From an uncultured Phycisphaerales bacterium (lineage in GTDB: Bacteria; Planctomycetota; Phycisphaerae; Tepidisphaerales; Tepidisphaeraceae), in contig CAWJPJ010000007.1 in assembly GCA_963844715.1 (NCBI GenBank), positions 1,216,001 through 1,280,000 on the forward strand: DNA of 64,000 bases, read 5' to 3'. Within the stretch, counting starts at the first letter, position 1. Each line of letters starts with the position of its first letter. Both the position numbers and the translations under genes were made by a program. Positions 20,548-31,081 of this stretch are shown here, in pieces. The notes under the pieces are model-generated. The model searched no databases, had not been told where the DNA came from, and saw only the letters and a program-made list of their open reading frames with translations.

Positions 20548-21414
20548 ATGAACCTGAATCATGAAGTGGGCAAGCATCTGGAGCTGGTCGATCCGGCGCG
20601 CGGCCATGTGCTTTGGCGATACGTTTATTCGGGGAAGCCCAAGCCGTTTTTTCATCCTTTGGCTACGCCGGCGGGCCGGGTGATTTCTTTGCTCGAGCCC
20701 TGGGATCATTGGTGGCAGCGCGGGCTTTGGTTCGCGATCAAGTTCGTCAACGGGTACAATTTTTGGGAAGAAAAGGAGGGGACGGTTTGGGGCGTGCAGC
20801 GCACACTGGCGCCGCCGACGGTGGCGCACCGCGAGGATGGGCATCTGTCGATGTTTTCGCGGCTTCAGTGGGTCGGGCCGGGGGACGTGGGCGTGGTTTT
20901 TGACGAGCAGAGGAAGATTGAATATCGGCCGATCGACGAGCGGAGTTACGCGCTGGATTTTTTGCTCAATCTGACGCCGACGGCGGATTCGAAATTAGAT
21001 CGGACGCCCTATACGACTTGGGGCGGGTATGGCGGGTTGTCGTTTCGCGGGACGCGGGACTGGCACGAGCCGCGGCTGCTTTTTTCGGATGGATCGACCG
21101 CGACCCGCCCGGTGGGGAACAAGGCGCTGTGGTGCGATCTTTCGGGGTATCTCGACGGCGGGGTGCGCCCGACCGGCGGGATCGCGATGTTCGATCATCC
21201 CTCGAATCCGCGCCATCCGACGCCCTGGTACGGCGGCACCGAGGTGAGCATTTTCTTCAACGCGGCGTTTTTATTTAATGAGCCGATGGAGATCGCCGGC
21301 GGGGAGCCGCTGAATTTCAGGTATCGCGTGCTGGTGCATGACGGGATGGGGGAGAGGGAATATTTGCAGAAGGAATACGACCATTATCTGGCCGGGGACA
21401 AATCGGCGACCTAA
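20548..21414 (+). CDS. DUF6807 family protein (often labelled PmoA family; not a methane monooxygenase)
   Basis: KPFFHPLATPAG, DHWWQRGLWF, YNFWEE, GYGGLSFR, MFDHPSNPRHPTPW. Confidence 0.8.
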   Translation: MNLNHEVGKHLELVDPARGHVLWRYVYSGKPKPFFHPLATPAGRVISLLEPWDHWWQRGLWFAIKFVNGYNFWEEKEGTVWGVQRTLAPPTVAHREDGHLSMFSRLQWVGPGDVGVVFDEQRKIEYRPIDERSYALDFLLNLTPTADSKLDRTPYTTWGGYGGLSFRGTRDWHEPRLLFSDGSTATRPVGNKALWCDLSGYLDGGVRPTGGIAMFDHPSNPRHPTPWYGGTEVSIFFNAAFLFNEPMEIAGGEPLNFRYRVLVHDGMGEREYLQKEYDHYLAGDKSAT

Positions 21415-21438
21415 AATCCGTTTTAAGGGGGTTCAGCG

Positions 21439-22572
21439 ATGGCTGAACTGAACATCCTGGAAGGCAAAGAGCGACTCAAATCGCTGAAGGGGATGCTCCA
21501 TCAATTCAGCGCGCCGGCGGCGGAGGCGCTGATCAAGCGGGAAGGCGATGGCATTCGCTGTTTCGCCTGCGGGCATCGGTGTCTGGTCCAGCCGGGGCGG
21601 GACGGGGTTTGCCGGGTGCGGTTCAACGATGGCGGCACGCTGCGGGTGCCGTTTGGGTACGTGGGGGTATTGGCTTGCGACCCGATTGAGAAGAAGCCAT
21701 TCTTTCATTGTCTGCCGGGGAGCGATGCGCTGACGTTTGGGATGCTGGGGTGCGATTTTCATTGCGGGTATTGCCAGAACTGGGTGACGAGCCAGATGCT
21801 GCGCGATCCGGACGCCGCGGCGGCGCCTCGCCAGACGCGGCCGGAGCAACTCGTGGATTATGCGATTGAGCATCGATCCCCCGTGATCGCCTCGAGCTAT
21901 AACGAGCCGCTGATCACCAGCGAATGGGCGGTGGCGGTGTTCAAGGAGGGGAAGAGGCGGGGGCTGAAGTGTGCGTATATTTCCAACGGCAATGGGACGC
22001 CGCAAGTGCTGGATTTTATCAGGCCCTGGGTGGATGCGTACAAAGTCGATCTGAAGACGTTCAATTCCAAAAACTACCGGCAGCTTGGCGGGGTGATGGA
22101 GAATGTCGTCGAGACGATTCGGATGCTGAAGGAACGGAAATTCTGGGTGGAGATCGTGACGCTCGTCGTTCCCGGGTTCAGCGACGATCCCGACGATCTG
22201 AAACGCATGGCGGAATTCCTGGCATCCGTCGATCCGCTGATGCCCTGGCATGTGACGGCGTTTCATCCGGATTACAAAATGACCGACGGTTATCGCCAGA
22301 CAACGGCGGAAGATCTCATGAAGATCGTCGACTACGGCGTGCAGGCGGGGCTCAAATATATCTATCCCGGTAATCTGCCGGGGCAGGTGGGGGAGTGGGA
22401 GAACACGCGATGCCATCATTGCGGGGCGACGGTGATCAAGCGATGGGGATTTTTGGTGAAGGAAAATCGAGTGAAACCAGACGGGTCCTGCCCGGCGTGC
22501 GGGAAGGGGATTCCCGGGATTTGGGGGAAATCGAGCGGGCACGGGGACGGGCGGGTGCGGGCGATTGTGTGA
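21439..22572 (+). CDS. amrS: AmmeMemoRadiSam system radical SAM enzyme
   Basis: N-terminal CFACGHRC...CRVR, DPIEKKPFFH, GCDFHCGYCQNW, SYNEP, C-terminal NTRCHHC...CPAC. Confidence 0.9.
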   Translation: MAELNILEGKERLKSLKGMLHQFSAPAAEALIKREGDGIRCFACGHRCLVQPGRDGVCRVRFNDGGTLRVPFGYVGVLACDPIEKKPFFHCLPGSDALTFGMLGCDFHCGYCQNWVTSQMLRDPDAAAAPRQTRPEQLVDYAIEHRSPVIASSYNEPLITSEWAVAVFKEGKRRGLKCAYISNGNGTPQVLDFIRPWVDAYKVDLKTFNSKNYRQLGGVMENVVETIRMLKERKFWVEIVTLVVPGFSDDPDDLKRMAEFLASVDPLMPWHVTAFHPDYKMTDGYRQTTAEDLMKIVDYGVQAGLKYIYPGNLPGQVGEWENTRCHHCGATVIKRWGFLVKENRVKPDGSCPACGKGIPGIWGKSSGHGDGRVRAIV

Positions 22573-22576
22573 CGGA

Positions 22577-23119
22577 CTATTTGCGGCTGCGCAGGCGGTC
22601 GATGGTGACGCCGATGCCTGTGAGCAGGACGAACAGGAGGAAGAGGGCGACAAGTGAGAAGAAGACCAGGATGAGGATCGACCAGCCGAAGCCGGCTTTG
22701 GCGGATTTGATCAGAAGGACGAAGACTCCGCAGTTCAACGCAACGGCGACGCCGGCGGCAAGGAGGGCGGCGATCCAGCCGGTGAATTGGCGAGGGATAG
22801 TCACGTAGCCGGAGATGTTGACGAGGGTCAATGGGGAATCGGTTCGCAGCAGACGTTGGATAAAGCGGCATCCGATGAAGGCGACTGTGCCGGATACGAT
22901 GGCTCCGACGAGGGCCGAGAAGTCAGGGGATTGCCAGGCGCGGGAAATGGCCAGATAGGCGACGGCCAGCCAGGCGAGCGTCCAGATGGCAAGTGTGCCC
23001 AGACAGCCGTGGCTTCCGGCGGAATATTGATTGGGCAGATCGGTGGGGAAATCGACATTGTCACGCCGGGTGACGGTGACGTGCTGGGGATCGGGCGGCG
23101 GTTCGGGGTCCGGGGGCAT
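22577..23119 (-). CDS. Hypothetical membrane protein (about 4 TM)
   Basis: Four hydrophobic segments; fills the intergenic space. Confidence 0.6.
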   Translation of the reverse strand: MPPDPEPPPDPQHVTVTRRDNVDFPTDLPNQYSAGSHGCLGTLAIWTLAWLAVAYLAISRAWQSPDFSALVGAIVSGTVAFIGCRFIQRLLRTDSPLTLVNISGYVTIPRQFTGWIAALLAAGVAVALNCGVFVLLIKSAKAGFGWSILILVFFSLVALFLLFVLLTGIGVTIDRLRSRK

Positions 23120-23337
23120 GGGGGGACCGTCTAACTTCGCTTGCGCGATAATTTTGCCGCGGAATGTTTTGAGCCTGATGGCGGCTTTCGCGGCGCTCGA
23201 CAGTTTTTCCTCGGTGTTTCGTTCGTCAGCGAAATGTTCAACGCTCGTTCGAGCTGCGCAAGCTGCGAGTAATAATCGCGGTTGTCGATTTCATTGATCC
23301 ACCATTCTGCCGCCGGCGGATTGGATACTTTATCATT

Positions 23338-23562
23338 CTACGCGGCATCGACGACGTCCGCCGTGGATTGCGCGGGCGGGACGGGTTCGTTGTGTTCGCG
23401 GAGGGAATCGATGTATGAAGCGACGGCGTCCCTGATATTGACGCGGATTTCGTCGGGGGTGTCGCCGCTGGTCGTGCAGCCGGGGAGGTCGGGCACGTAG
23501 GCAGAATAACTGCCGTCGTCAGCGCATTCGACGATATAGACATATTCCGTGGCGGACTTCAT
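23338..23562 (-). CDS. HicB-family antitoxin (short UPF0150 type)
   Basis: Y.YIVE..DDGSYSAYVPDLPGCTTSGDT.DE...NIRDAV..YI..L......VP. Confidence 0.88.
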   Translation of the reverse strand: MKSATEYVYIVECADDGSYSAYVPDLPGCTTSGDTPDEIRVNIRDAVASYIDSLREHNEPVPPAQSTADVVDAA

Positions 23563-23572
23563 CGGATCACTA

Positions 23573-23809
23573 CTACTTCTTCCGTCCGTTCTTGGCTGGT
23601 TTTATTCCACGCTGAACTCCCGTGACCAGGAGCAGATCGAGAGTGACGAACGAATCATCCGCCATTCCAATAGAAATGAGCCGTCCGGAGGCCGACTGGC
23701 CTAACACTTCAGGGTGAAACACGTCATATTTCCGCCCGTCAGCGGTCAGGATCCTAAAAGGTTTGAAGGGTTTTTCTTCCCTTAGGCGTTGAATCTCCTG
23801 GATCGTCAT
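23573..23809 (-). CDS. Small conserved hypothetical protein (PFKPF...DGRKY.V.HPE type)
   Basis: MTIQEIQRLREEKPFKPFRILTADGRKYDVFHPE; ends 10 nt before the HicB start. Confidence 0.7.
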   Translation of the reverse strand: MTIQEIQRLREEKPFKPFRILTADGRKYDVFHPEVLGQSASGRLISIGMADDSFVTLDLLLVTGVQRGIKPAKNGRKK

Positions 23810-23891
23810 ACAGGTCAAGTATACCAAAATCCGTGCGATAGGAGTGGGAGGTCCGTGTCGTCGGATCTTGACGCACCGGGGGGGAAATCTG

Positions 23892-23948
23892 CCCCTCACC
23901 CTGTCCCATCCTGCGGAAACTAGCGGAGGCATGGGGAGAGGGGATAAA
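23892..23948 (+). repeat. Degenerate REP-like copy C
   Basis: CCCCTCACCC...GGGGAGAGGGGATAAA; shares its ends with copy F at 61902-61975. Confidence 0.55.
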
Positions 23949-23953
23949 AGCGG

Positions 23954-26900
23954 TTAGCTGCACCCCATCGAATTCCCGCAATTCAGGCATTTGTAGCAAG
24001 TCCCGCTGCGGACGGTGATGCTGCCGCACACATCGCACGCCGGGGCATCCGCCTGCAATTCCGAACTCTGCCTGGCTGAGCGGATCGACCACGATCGCCA
24101 GCCGCAAGATTCGGTCGCGATCGAAGGCTCCGCCGGCGCCGGTTGTTTTCGCGGCTTGGATTTCCTCATCGCGTGTACGCGAACGGTCTCGGCCGTGTCC
24201 GGGTCGATGCGGGTCCATGCCCGTTGCCGCCTTTTTTCTTCGGGGCGGCTTCGGTCGTCGCTTCGGCGGAATGCGGATTTGTCCTCGATCTCCGCGGCGG
24301 CGGGGCGAGCGGATTCGCGTTTGGGGGCGTTGGCGGCTTTGTAGCCGTGGACGAATTCCATGGCGAGCCAGCGGAAGATGTAATCGACCAGGCTCTTGGC
24401 AAAGGGGATTTCGGGGTTTCGCGTCAGGCCGGCTGGGCTCGAAGCGGACGTGCTCGAATTTTCTCACCAGGGATTCGACGGGGACGCCGTATTGGAGGCT
24501 GACTGAGACGAGCGTGGCGATGGTGTCCATCAGGCCGCCGATGGTGCTGCCTTCCTTGGCGATGCGGATGAAGATTTCGCCAGGGCTGCCGTCGTCGTAG
24601 AGGCCGACGGTGATGTACCCTTCGTGGCCGCCGACGTCGAACTTGTGGGTCATGGCGTTGCGCGTGTCGGGGAGGCGCCGGCGCAGGGGCGCTCGACGAT
24701 TCGCTCGACGATTTTTTCGACGACATGGGTGTGGGCCGGGGCGAGGTTGTCGCTCGTCGCCGACTTGGCAGCAAAGAGAGCCTTGGCGGCGCTGACCACT
24801 TCCTTGGCTACTTCCTGTCGCGCGGCTTCAACATTTTCCTCGTCGTCATCCTCGGTTTTGTCGAGTTCCTCATCGCTCTTGACGTTCAGCGGCTGGCTGA
24901 GCTTCGAGCCGTCGCGATAGAGGGCGTTGGCCTTCAGGCCCAATTTCCAGCTGAGGTAATAACTGCTCTTGATGTCCTCGACGTTGGCCTCGTTGGGGAG
25001 GTTGATGGTTTTGGAGATGGCGCCGGTGATGAAGGGCTGGGCAGCGGCCATCATGCGGATGTGGCCTTCGACCGGGATGAAGCGTTCGCCGTGGCGGCCG
25101 CACTTGTTGGCGCAATCGAAGACGGGGTAATCGTCCTTGCGGAGATGCGGAGCGCCTTCGACGGTGCCGCGGCCGCAGATGACGTCGTTGGCTTCGTTGA
25201 TCTGCTGCGCGCGAGAATCCGAGGTGCTGAAGCAGATTGAAACCCGGCGCTTTCCAAGCCGATTCGGGGATGTTCAGGCGCTTGAGGGTTTCTGCGCCGA
25301 TGGACCAGGGGCTGAAGGCGAATGAAATCTCGAATTGGCCGGGGAGGGATTCCTCGATTTTGTCCAGTTCCTTCGACGTAAAGCCGAGCTGGCGGAGCGA
25401 TTCGTAATTGATGTGCGGGGCATCGTGGAGGCTCAGGGTGCCCATGACGTAACGGAGAATGTCGTGGACCTGCTCGGCGGCGTAGCCGAGATTCACCAGG
25501 GCCGGGCGGAGGGACTGGTTGGCGATTTTGAAATAACCCCCGCCCGCGAGTTTCTTGAATTTGACGAGGGCAAAATCGGGCTCGACGCCGGTGGTATCGC
25601 AATCCATCAACAGGCCGATGGTTCCTGTCGGAGCGATGACGGTGGTCTGTGCGTTGCGGAAGCCGTGCTTTTCGCCCAGGAGCAGGGCGCGGTCCCAGCA
25701 TTCCTGCGCGGCGCGGAGGAGATGCGAGGAGGCAAGGGGATGATTGTCGGAGAACTGGGAGGCGTCCATGCCGACGGGCTTGATGTCGAGCTGCTCGTAT
25801 TCGCTGAGGCCTTTTTTGGCGGCAGCGTTGTTGGCAACGTCGTAGGCGGCGCGGCGGTGATTGCGGATGACGCGCAGCATGTCGTTCCGGTTTTCCTCGT
25901 AGCCGGCGAAAGCGCCGAGTTCGCGGGCCATTTCGGCGCTGGTGGCGTAGCTTTCGCCCGTCAGAATCGCCGTGAGCGAGGCGCAGATGGCGCGGCCTTT
26001 TTCGCTGTCGTAGGGGATGCCGGCCTGCATGAGCATGGCGCCGAGGTTGGCGTAGCCCAGGCCGAGCGTGCGGTAGCGGTAGCTCTTTTTGGCGATTTCC
26101 TCGGAGGGGAAGCTGGCCATGAGGACGCTGATCTCCAGGACGATGGTCCACAGGCGGATGCCGTGGCGATACCCTTCGACGTCGAAACGGCGAGTTTCGG
26201 GGTCGAAGAAGGTCATCACGTTGAGCGACGCCAGGTTGCACGCCGTGTCGTCGAGGAACATGTATTCGGAGCAGTTGTGGACGGTCAGTCCGTTGGCGAC
26301 GAAGGACTGGGTAACGGGCTCGGAGAGGTCGAAGACCTGCTGACGGCCCAGGGCGGTGAGGGATTCGACGCGGTCAAAATTCTCGGAGGATTGCGGCGCC
26401 GGCGGATTCGACGGCGGCGGATAGATCCTGGAGCTTCTTGCCGGGCATGAGGCTGATGTGCTTCGCGAAGGCGGCGAGATTGCGCGGGTCGACGCGGAGG
26501 GTGAGCCCGTCGCCGGCGAGGATGGCGCTTTGGACGCCGAAGCCGAGCAGGAGCAGTTGCACGTCCTGGAGTAGGCCGGGGCTGTCGAGGCGCAGTTCGA
26601 GATTGCCGTCGATGATGAGGCCGTCGGCGGTGAAGAGAGCGGCCAGAACGTGGCGCTGGGCGGCCAGGCCGGCGGTGAAGGCGTCGTCGCTGAGGCGGCG
26701 CTGGCTGTTGTCATGACGGACATAAGCGCGGAGGCGGCTGAGGAGCCGATGATTGCCGAGAACGGCGGTGGCGGTCCCGCCTTCGCCGGTGGTCTCGGAT
26801 GTGTCCTCGACGTCCTCGTCGCAGAGCATGAGCTGGTTGACGTAGTCGTCGTCGTACCCGGCGCGGTCGCACCAGGTGAGGCGGACGTATTTCCCCAGGG

Positions 26901-28557
26901 GGGCGACCAGTTCGGCGTCGTCGAGGCAGGTATCGAGACGCATGGCGCAGCGCCCCGCGGCCGCAGGGGCGTTGGCGGCTGTAATGAATAGCCCGAGGAG
27001 CTGGAAGAATTGCTCGTCGCGGGGTTGACCGATTTCCAGCACGGCGGCGGTGGCGCCGGGGAGTTTGATCTCGTCCTGATTATTCAATTCGCTTGCCGCG
27101 ACAAAGCCACGATTCCGGGTCCAGACTTTGTGGTCGGCGGTCAGCTTGAGGGTGTAACCTCCGGCGGTGCGGAGTTCGAATACCTCCCGATTTCCGGTCG
27201 GGAATGCGCCTTCGGTGGCGCTGATGAGCTGTTCGTGGAGATTGGTGACCAGACGGCTGGGGAGGTGGATCATCTGGTCGATGCGCCGCCAGATGCCGCC
27301 GGGCGTGAGGACGCGGGTGTCGCCGGTGACGCAGGGATTCGAGGCGTTGATCTTGCCGCTCTTGGGGCAGGTGTGCCACTGATTGATGGTGTCGTCGTAT
27401 TGCACTCCGGGATCGGCGCAGCGCCAGGCGGCGAAGGCGATCTGATCCCACAGATCGCGAGCCTTGACGCTCTTGATGGTTTTCTTGCTGGTGCGGCCGA
27501 CGAGGTTCCAGACGCCGTCTTCCTCGACGGCTTTGAAGAAGCGGTTGGGGATGCGCACGGAGTTGTTGGAGTTCTGTCCGCTGACCGTGATGTAGGCTTC
27601 TCCGTTGAAATCGTAGTCGAGCTTGAGGCCCAGGCGGGCGGCGAGTTCCTTGTTGTCCTTGGGGAGTCGTTTGATTCCCTCGGCCATGGCGGCGACTTTC
27701 AGTTCCTCGCGCACTTTCCAATTGATGAACTGCTCGACATCCGGGTGATCGAGATCAAGGCAGACCATTTTCGCGGCGCGGCGGGTGGTGCCGCCGGACT
27801 TGATCGCGCCGGCGGCGCGATCGCCGATCTTGAGGAAGCTCATCAGCCCGGAGGATTTTCCGCCGCCGGAGAGGGGTTCGTTTTCCCCGCGGAGGCCGCT
27901 GAAGTTGGACCCGGTGCCGCTGCCGTACTTGAAGAGGCGGGCTTCGCGGGTCCAGAGGTCCATGATTCCGCCGGGGTTCACCAGATCGTCATTGACTGAC
28001 TGGATGAAGCACGCATGCGGCTGGGGATGCGTGTAGGCGTCCTTCCCGCGGAGCAGTTCGCCGGTGCGCGGGTCGCAATAGTAATGGCCCTGGGCCGGCC
28101 CGGTGATTCCGTAGGCCCAGTTCAGGCCGGTGTTGAACCATTGCGGGCTGTTGGGGGCGCACATCTGGTGCACGAGCATGTGCGAGAGTTCTTCGTAGAA
28201 GTTCTGGGCGTCCTCGGCCGTGTCAAAATACCCGTATTTTTCGCCCCAATACCGCCAGCAGCCGGCCAGGCGATGGATGACTTCCTTGGCCGAGCGTTCC
28301 GGGCCAGTGACGACGTTGCCCTCGCCATCGCGGATGGGGTTGCCCTGCTCGTCTTTCTGCGGGACTCCCGCCTTGCGGAAATATTTGCTGACCATGATGT
28401 CCGTGGCCAGCTGCGACCAGCTCTTGGGAATCTCGGCGTCGTTCATTTCAAAAACGACGGAGCCGTCCGGATTGGTGATCCGGCTGGTGCGTTTTTCATA
28501 GTCAACGCTGCTGAGGGCGTCCTGGCCCGGCTTGGTAAATCGTCGCGCGATTTTCAT
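23954..28557 (-). CDS. nrdJ: Vitamin B12-dependent (class II) ribonucleotide reductase with intein, TSCPD domain and C-terminal zinc ribbon (several frameshifts)
   Basis: [80 protein letters not shown]...CYKCLNCG. Confidence 0.96.
26274..27333 (-). mobile_element. Intein with degenerate LAGLIDADG domain, inserted in the NrdJ NP|CSE active-site loop
   Basis: Starts [10 protein letters not shown]; block [10 protein letters not shown]; block [10 protein letters not shown]; block [15 protein letters not shown]; ends VFDLSEP...[10 protein letters not shown] followed by Cys. Confidence 0.93.
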
Positions 28558-28641
28558 GGCTAAGAATCCTTCCCAAAACGCAACGGACATCCATCACCGC
28601 ATCGCGACGGCGATGCGATCACGCATACTCTCACGCCGCCC

Positions 28642-29204
28642 TCAGTCCACTTTGGGCAGCGTCAAACCTTTTTGATCCTGATATTTGCCCGCCTTATCGG
28701 CGTAACTTTTTGAACAGACTCGCTCGCCCTTGAGGAAAAACAATTGGGCGATTCCCTCATTGGCATAGATTTTCGCAGGGAGCGGGGTCGTATTGCTGAT
28801 TTCCAGCGTGATCCGGCCGCGCCATTCCGGCTCGATCGGCGTCACGTTGACGATTATTCCGCAGCGGGCGTAGGTGCTCTTGCCGACGCAGATGGCAAGA
28901 TACTCGCGCGGCATGGTAATCGACTCTCGACGGTCTCACAGAGGGCAAAACTGTTGGGCGGGATGAGGACGTGGTCCTGGCGGGTCTCATCGGTGTCGAT
29001 GGTGACGAAACTGCGCTCCGAGAATTTTTTCGGGTCAACGATCTCGGAATTGACGTTGGTGAAAATCTTGAAGACCGAGCCGACCCGGAGGTCGTAGCCG
29101 TAGCTGGAGACTCCGTAACTGATCTTGCCCTGCCGCTTGATGTTTTCCTCAAAGGGTTCGATGCCGATGAGTTCGCGGATTTGAGAGTCGCAGAGTATTC
29201 CCAT
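28642..29204 (-). CDS. dcd: dCTP deaminase (frameshift ~28925)
   Basis: [69 protein letters not shown]. Confidence 0.95.
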
Positions 29205-29466
29205 GAGTGAAAAACCGATCCTCTCCGGCCAATCGTTATCTCGCCGACCGCACCGGCCGGGCTAACCAAGGAGGGGTTGACCCGGCGCGGCGGACTTCCT
29301 GCTGCACTCCGGCATACGGAGGCACGGCGGCTACTACGTCATCATCCTAACGACGCCCTTGAATCCCGCGCGACGTGATCTTCGCGGCACGCCGCCGCCC
29401 AATTCTATGGCCCTTAGGCCGTGGGAGGCAGCTTGACGCCCCGCGCTTGGGGGATTTCGCCAATAT

Positions 29467-29513
29467 ACACAACATCTGGTATTCTTCAACGAAAACTTTA
29501 CTAAATGTAGGGT
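29467..29513. promoter_or_regulatory. Tandem NrdR boxes upstream of dcd-nrdJ
   Basis: ACACAACATCTGGTAT (29467-29482) and TTACTAAATGTAGGGT (29498-29513) fit acaCwAtATaTwGtgt; starts are 31 bp apart. Confidence 0.8.
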
Positions 29514-29651
29514 CTCAGAACCTAAACCAGACTTTAACAATCGCATCATTCTGCGGTTAGAGTAGTGAAGAAATTTTTGATCGCGAGAAGAGATTTTCCT
29601 TGCCTCAATTTATCCACCGAGGCGTGTCGCGGACGGTGCAAAACTTGCGCA

Positions 29652-31030
29652 TTATTTTCTCCCGGAAATCTCGCGAATAACTGCGTCGGCCATCGCGCGG
29701 GCCGGGGTTTGCCAGTCATTCGGCGCGGTTTGGCGGAATAATTTCATGGCCGGATACCACGGCGAATCGTCACGATCCAATAACCATTGAAAACTATTCC
29801 GCCACGGAATAAGGGCAAAGGCTGGTTTGTTCATCGCGCCGGCGAGATGAAGGACGGAAGTGTCGATGCTCACCACCAGATCCAACTGTTCAATCAGCGC
29901 CGCCGTGTCCGCAAAATCGCGCAATTGATCGGTGAAATCAATCAGCGCCATTTCGTCCGACGGCGATTCCTTCGCCCTCGGACCTTTTTGCAAGCTGAAA
30001 AAGCGAGCGGGTTTGACCCTCGCCAGGGCGCTGAAGATTTGAATCGAGTGAGAGCGGAAGCGGGAGCGATCTCCTTCGCTGCCGGCCCAAACCAGTCCGA
30101 TATTCGGTACGCCGTCCCGGGGCACGCGCCCCTTCCATGCAGCGCGCCGGTCGGGAGGTGGGGCAAGATAAGGACAACCACTCGGCTGAGGGGGCGCGGT
30201 GAAACCGAGAGCCAGGGGCAGTCCAGCCAGCGCGGCGTAATAGTCGAAATCGGGTTGGTCCGCGCCGACTGGAATCACTTCATCAGCCAAATGCCCAATG
30301 AGGGGGAGCAAAGGGGATTGGCATTGAAGAATAACCTGCGCACCGCGCCCGCGCAAAATCGGGATGAATCGCGCAAGCCAAAGCGTATCCCCGAATGGCC
30401 CGTCGGCGGAGACGAGGATGCGCTTTCCCGAAGGGTCTGAACCATCCCATTGTCTTGCCGAAAACTTGCTACGAAGCGGATCAATGAGCGGCATCGCAGT
30501 GAAAAATTCCCGCCAGGCTTCATCCGCGCGATCAGTTTTGAGCAGGAGAATAGGGAAATTGACGCGTGCGGCGAAGTTATCGGGGTTCAGGTCGATCGCC
30601 TGGCGGTACTGAGTCTCGGATTCTTCCAATTTCCCGGCGATTTCGAGGCAGAAGGCGAGATGATAGTGCATCTGCGATAAAGCGAGGCGCGCGTTGCCGG
30701 CCATGTTGTGCCGGGCGGCGTTCGCCTGCGCCATGGCGAGCACTTTGCGATGGTAATCCTCCGCCTCGGCAAATTGTGCGGCCATTTCCAGAGCCAGGGC
30801 AAGATAGTGCGAAAATCGGGCCGACCCGGCGCCGATTGCGCAGCTTCCCGCAAGGGGCCGAGGGCGGCGTCCACCTGGTCCTGGCGAACCAGAACCGTGC
30901 CCAGTTCATATTGCCCGACGGAGTCGCCAGGGTTTTCGGCCAGAAGCTCGCGATAGGCCGCTTCGGCTTGGCGCAGATCCCCCGAATCACGGGCGTGGCG
31001 GGCGCGGCTAAGTTGCTCTTGAGGGTCCAT
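29652..31030 (-). CDS. TPR protein with C-terminal GT9-like glycosyltransferase domain (frameshift ~30790)
   Basis: TPRs, then WDG....GKRILV..DGPFGDTL, IGLVWAGS, FFSLQKG, DFADTAALIEQLDLVVSIDTSVLHLAGA, DDSPWYP. Confidence 0.85.
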
Positions 31031-31081
31031 CGCGGATGAGTCGCCTGATCAAGCGAAATGGAAATACTAACGCCTCAAACG

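Noticed and set aside
20548..21414. Methane monooxygenase subunit PmoA
   Set aside because: Soluble protein with no TM helices and no pmoB/pmoC; the label is a legacy name for DUF6807
23130..23335. HicA toxin downstream of hicB
   Set aside because: The minus-strand frames I translated give no HicA-like dsRBD/GSH motif
29205..29460. Cobalamin riboswitch upstream of B12-dependent nrdJ
   Set aside because: No recognisable B12-box or GCCACTG core; kept only as an unknown structured leader
29610..29618. DnaA box / origin (TTATCCACC)
   Set aside because: Single 8/9 match with no cluster and no dnaA or dnaN nearby
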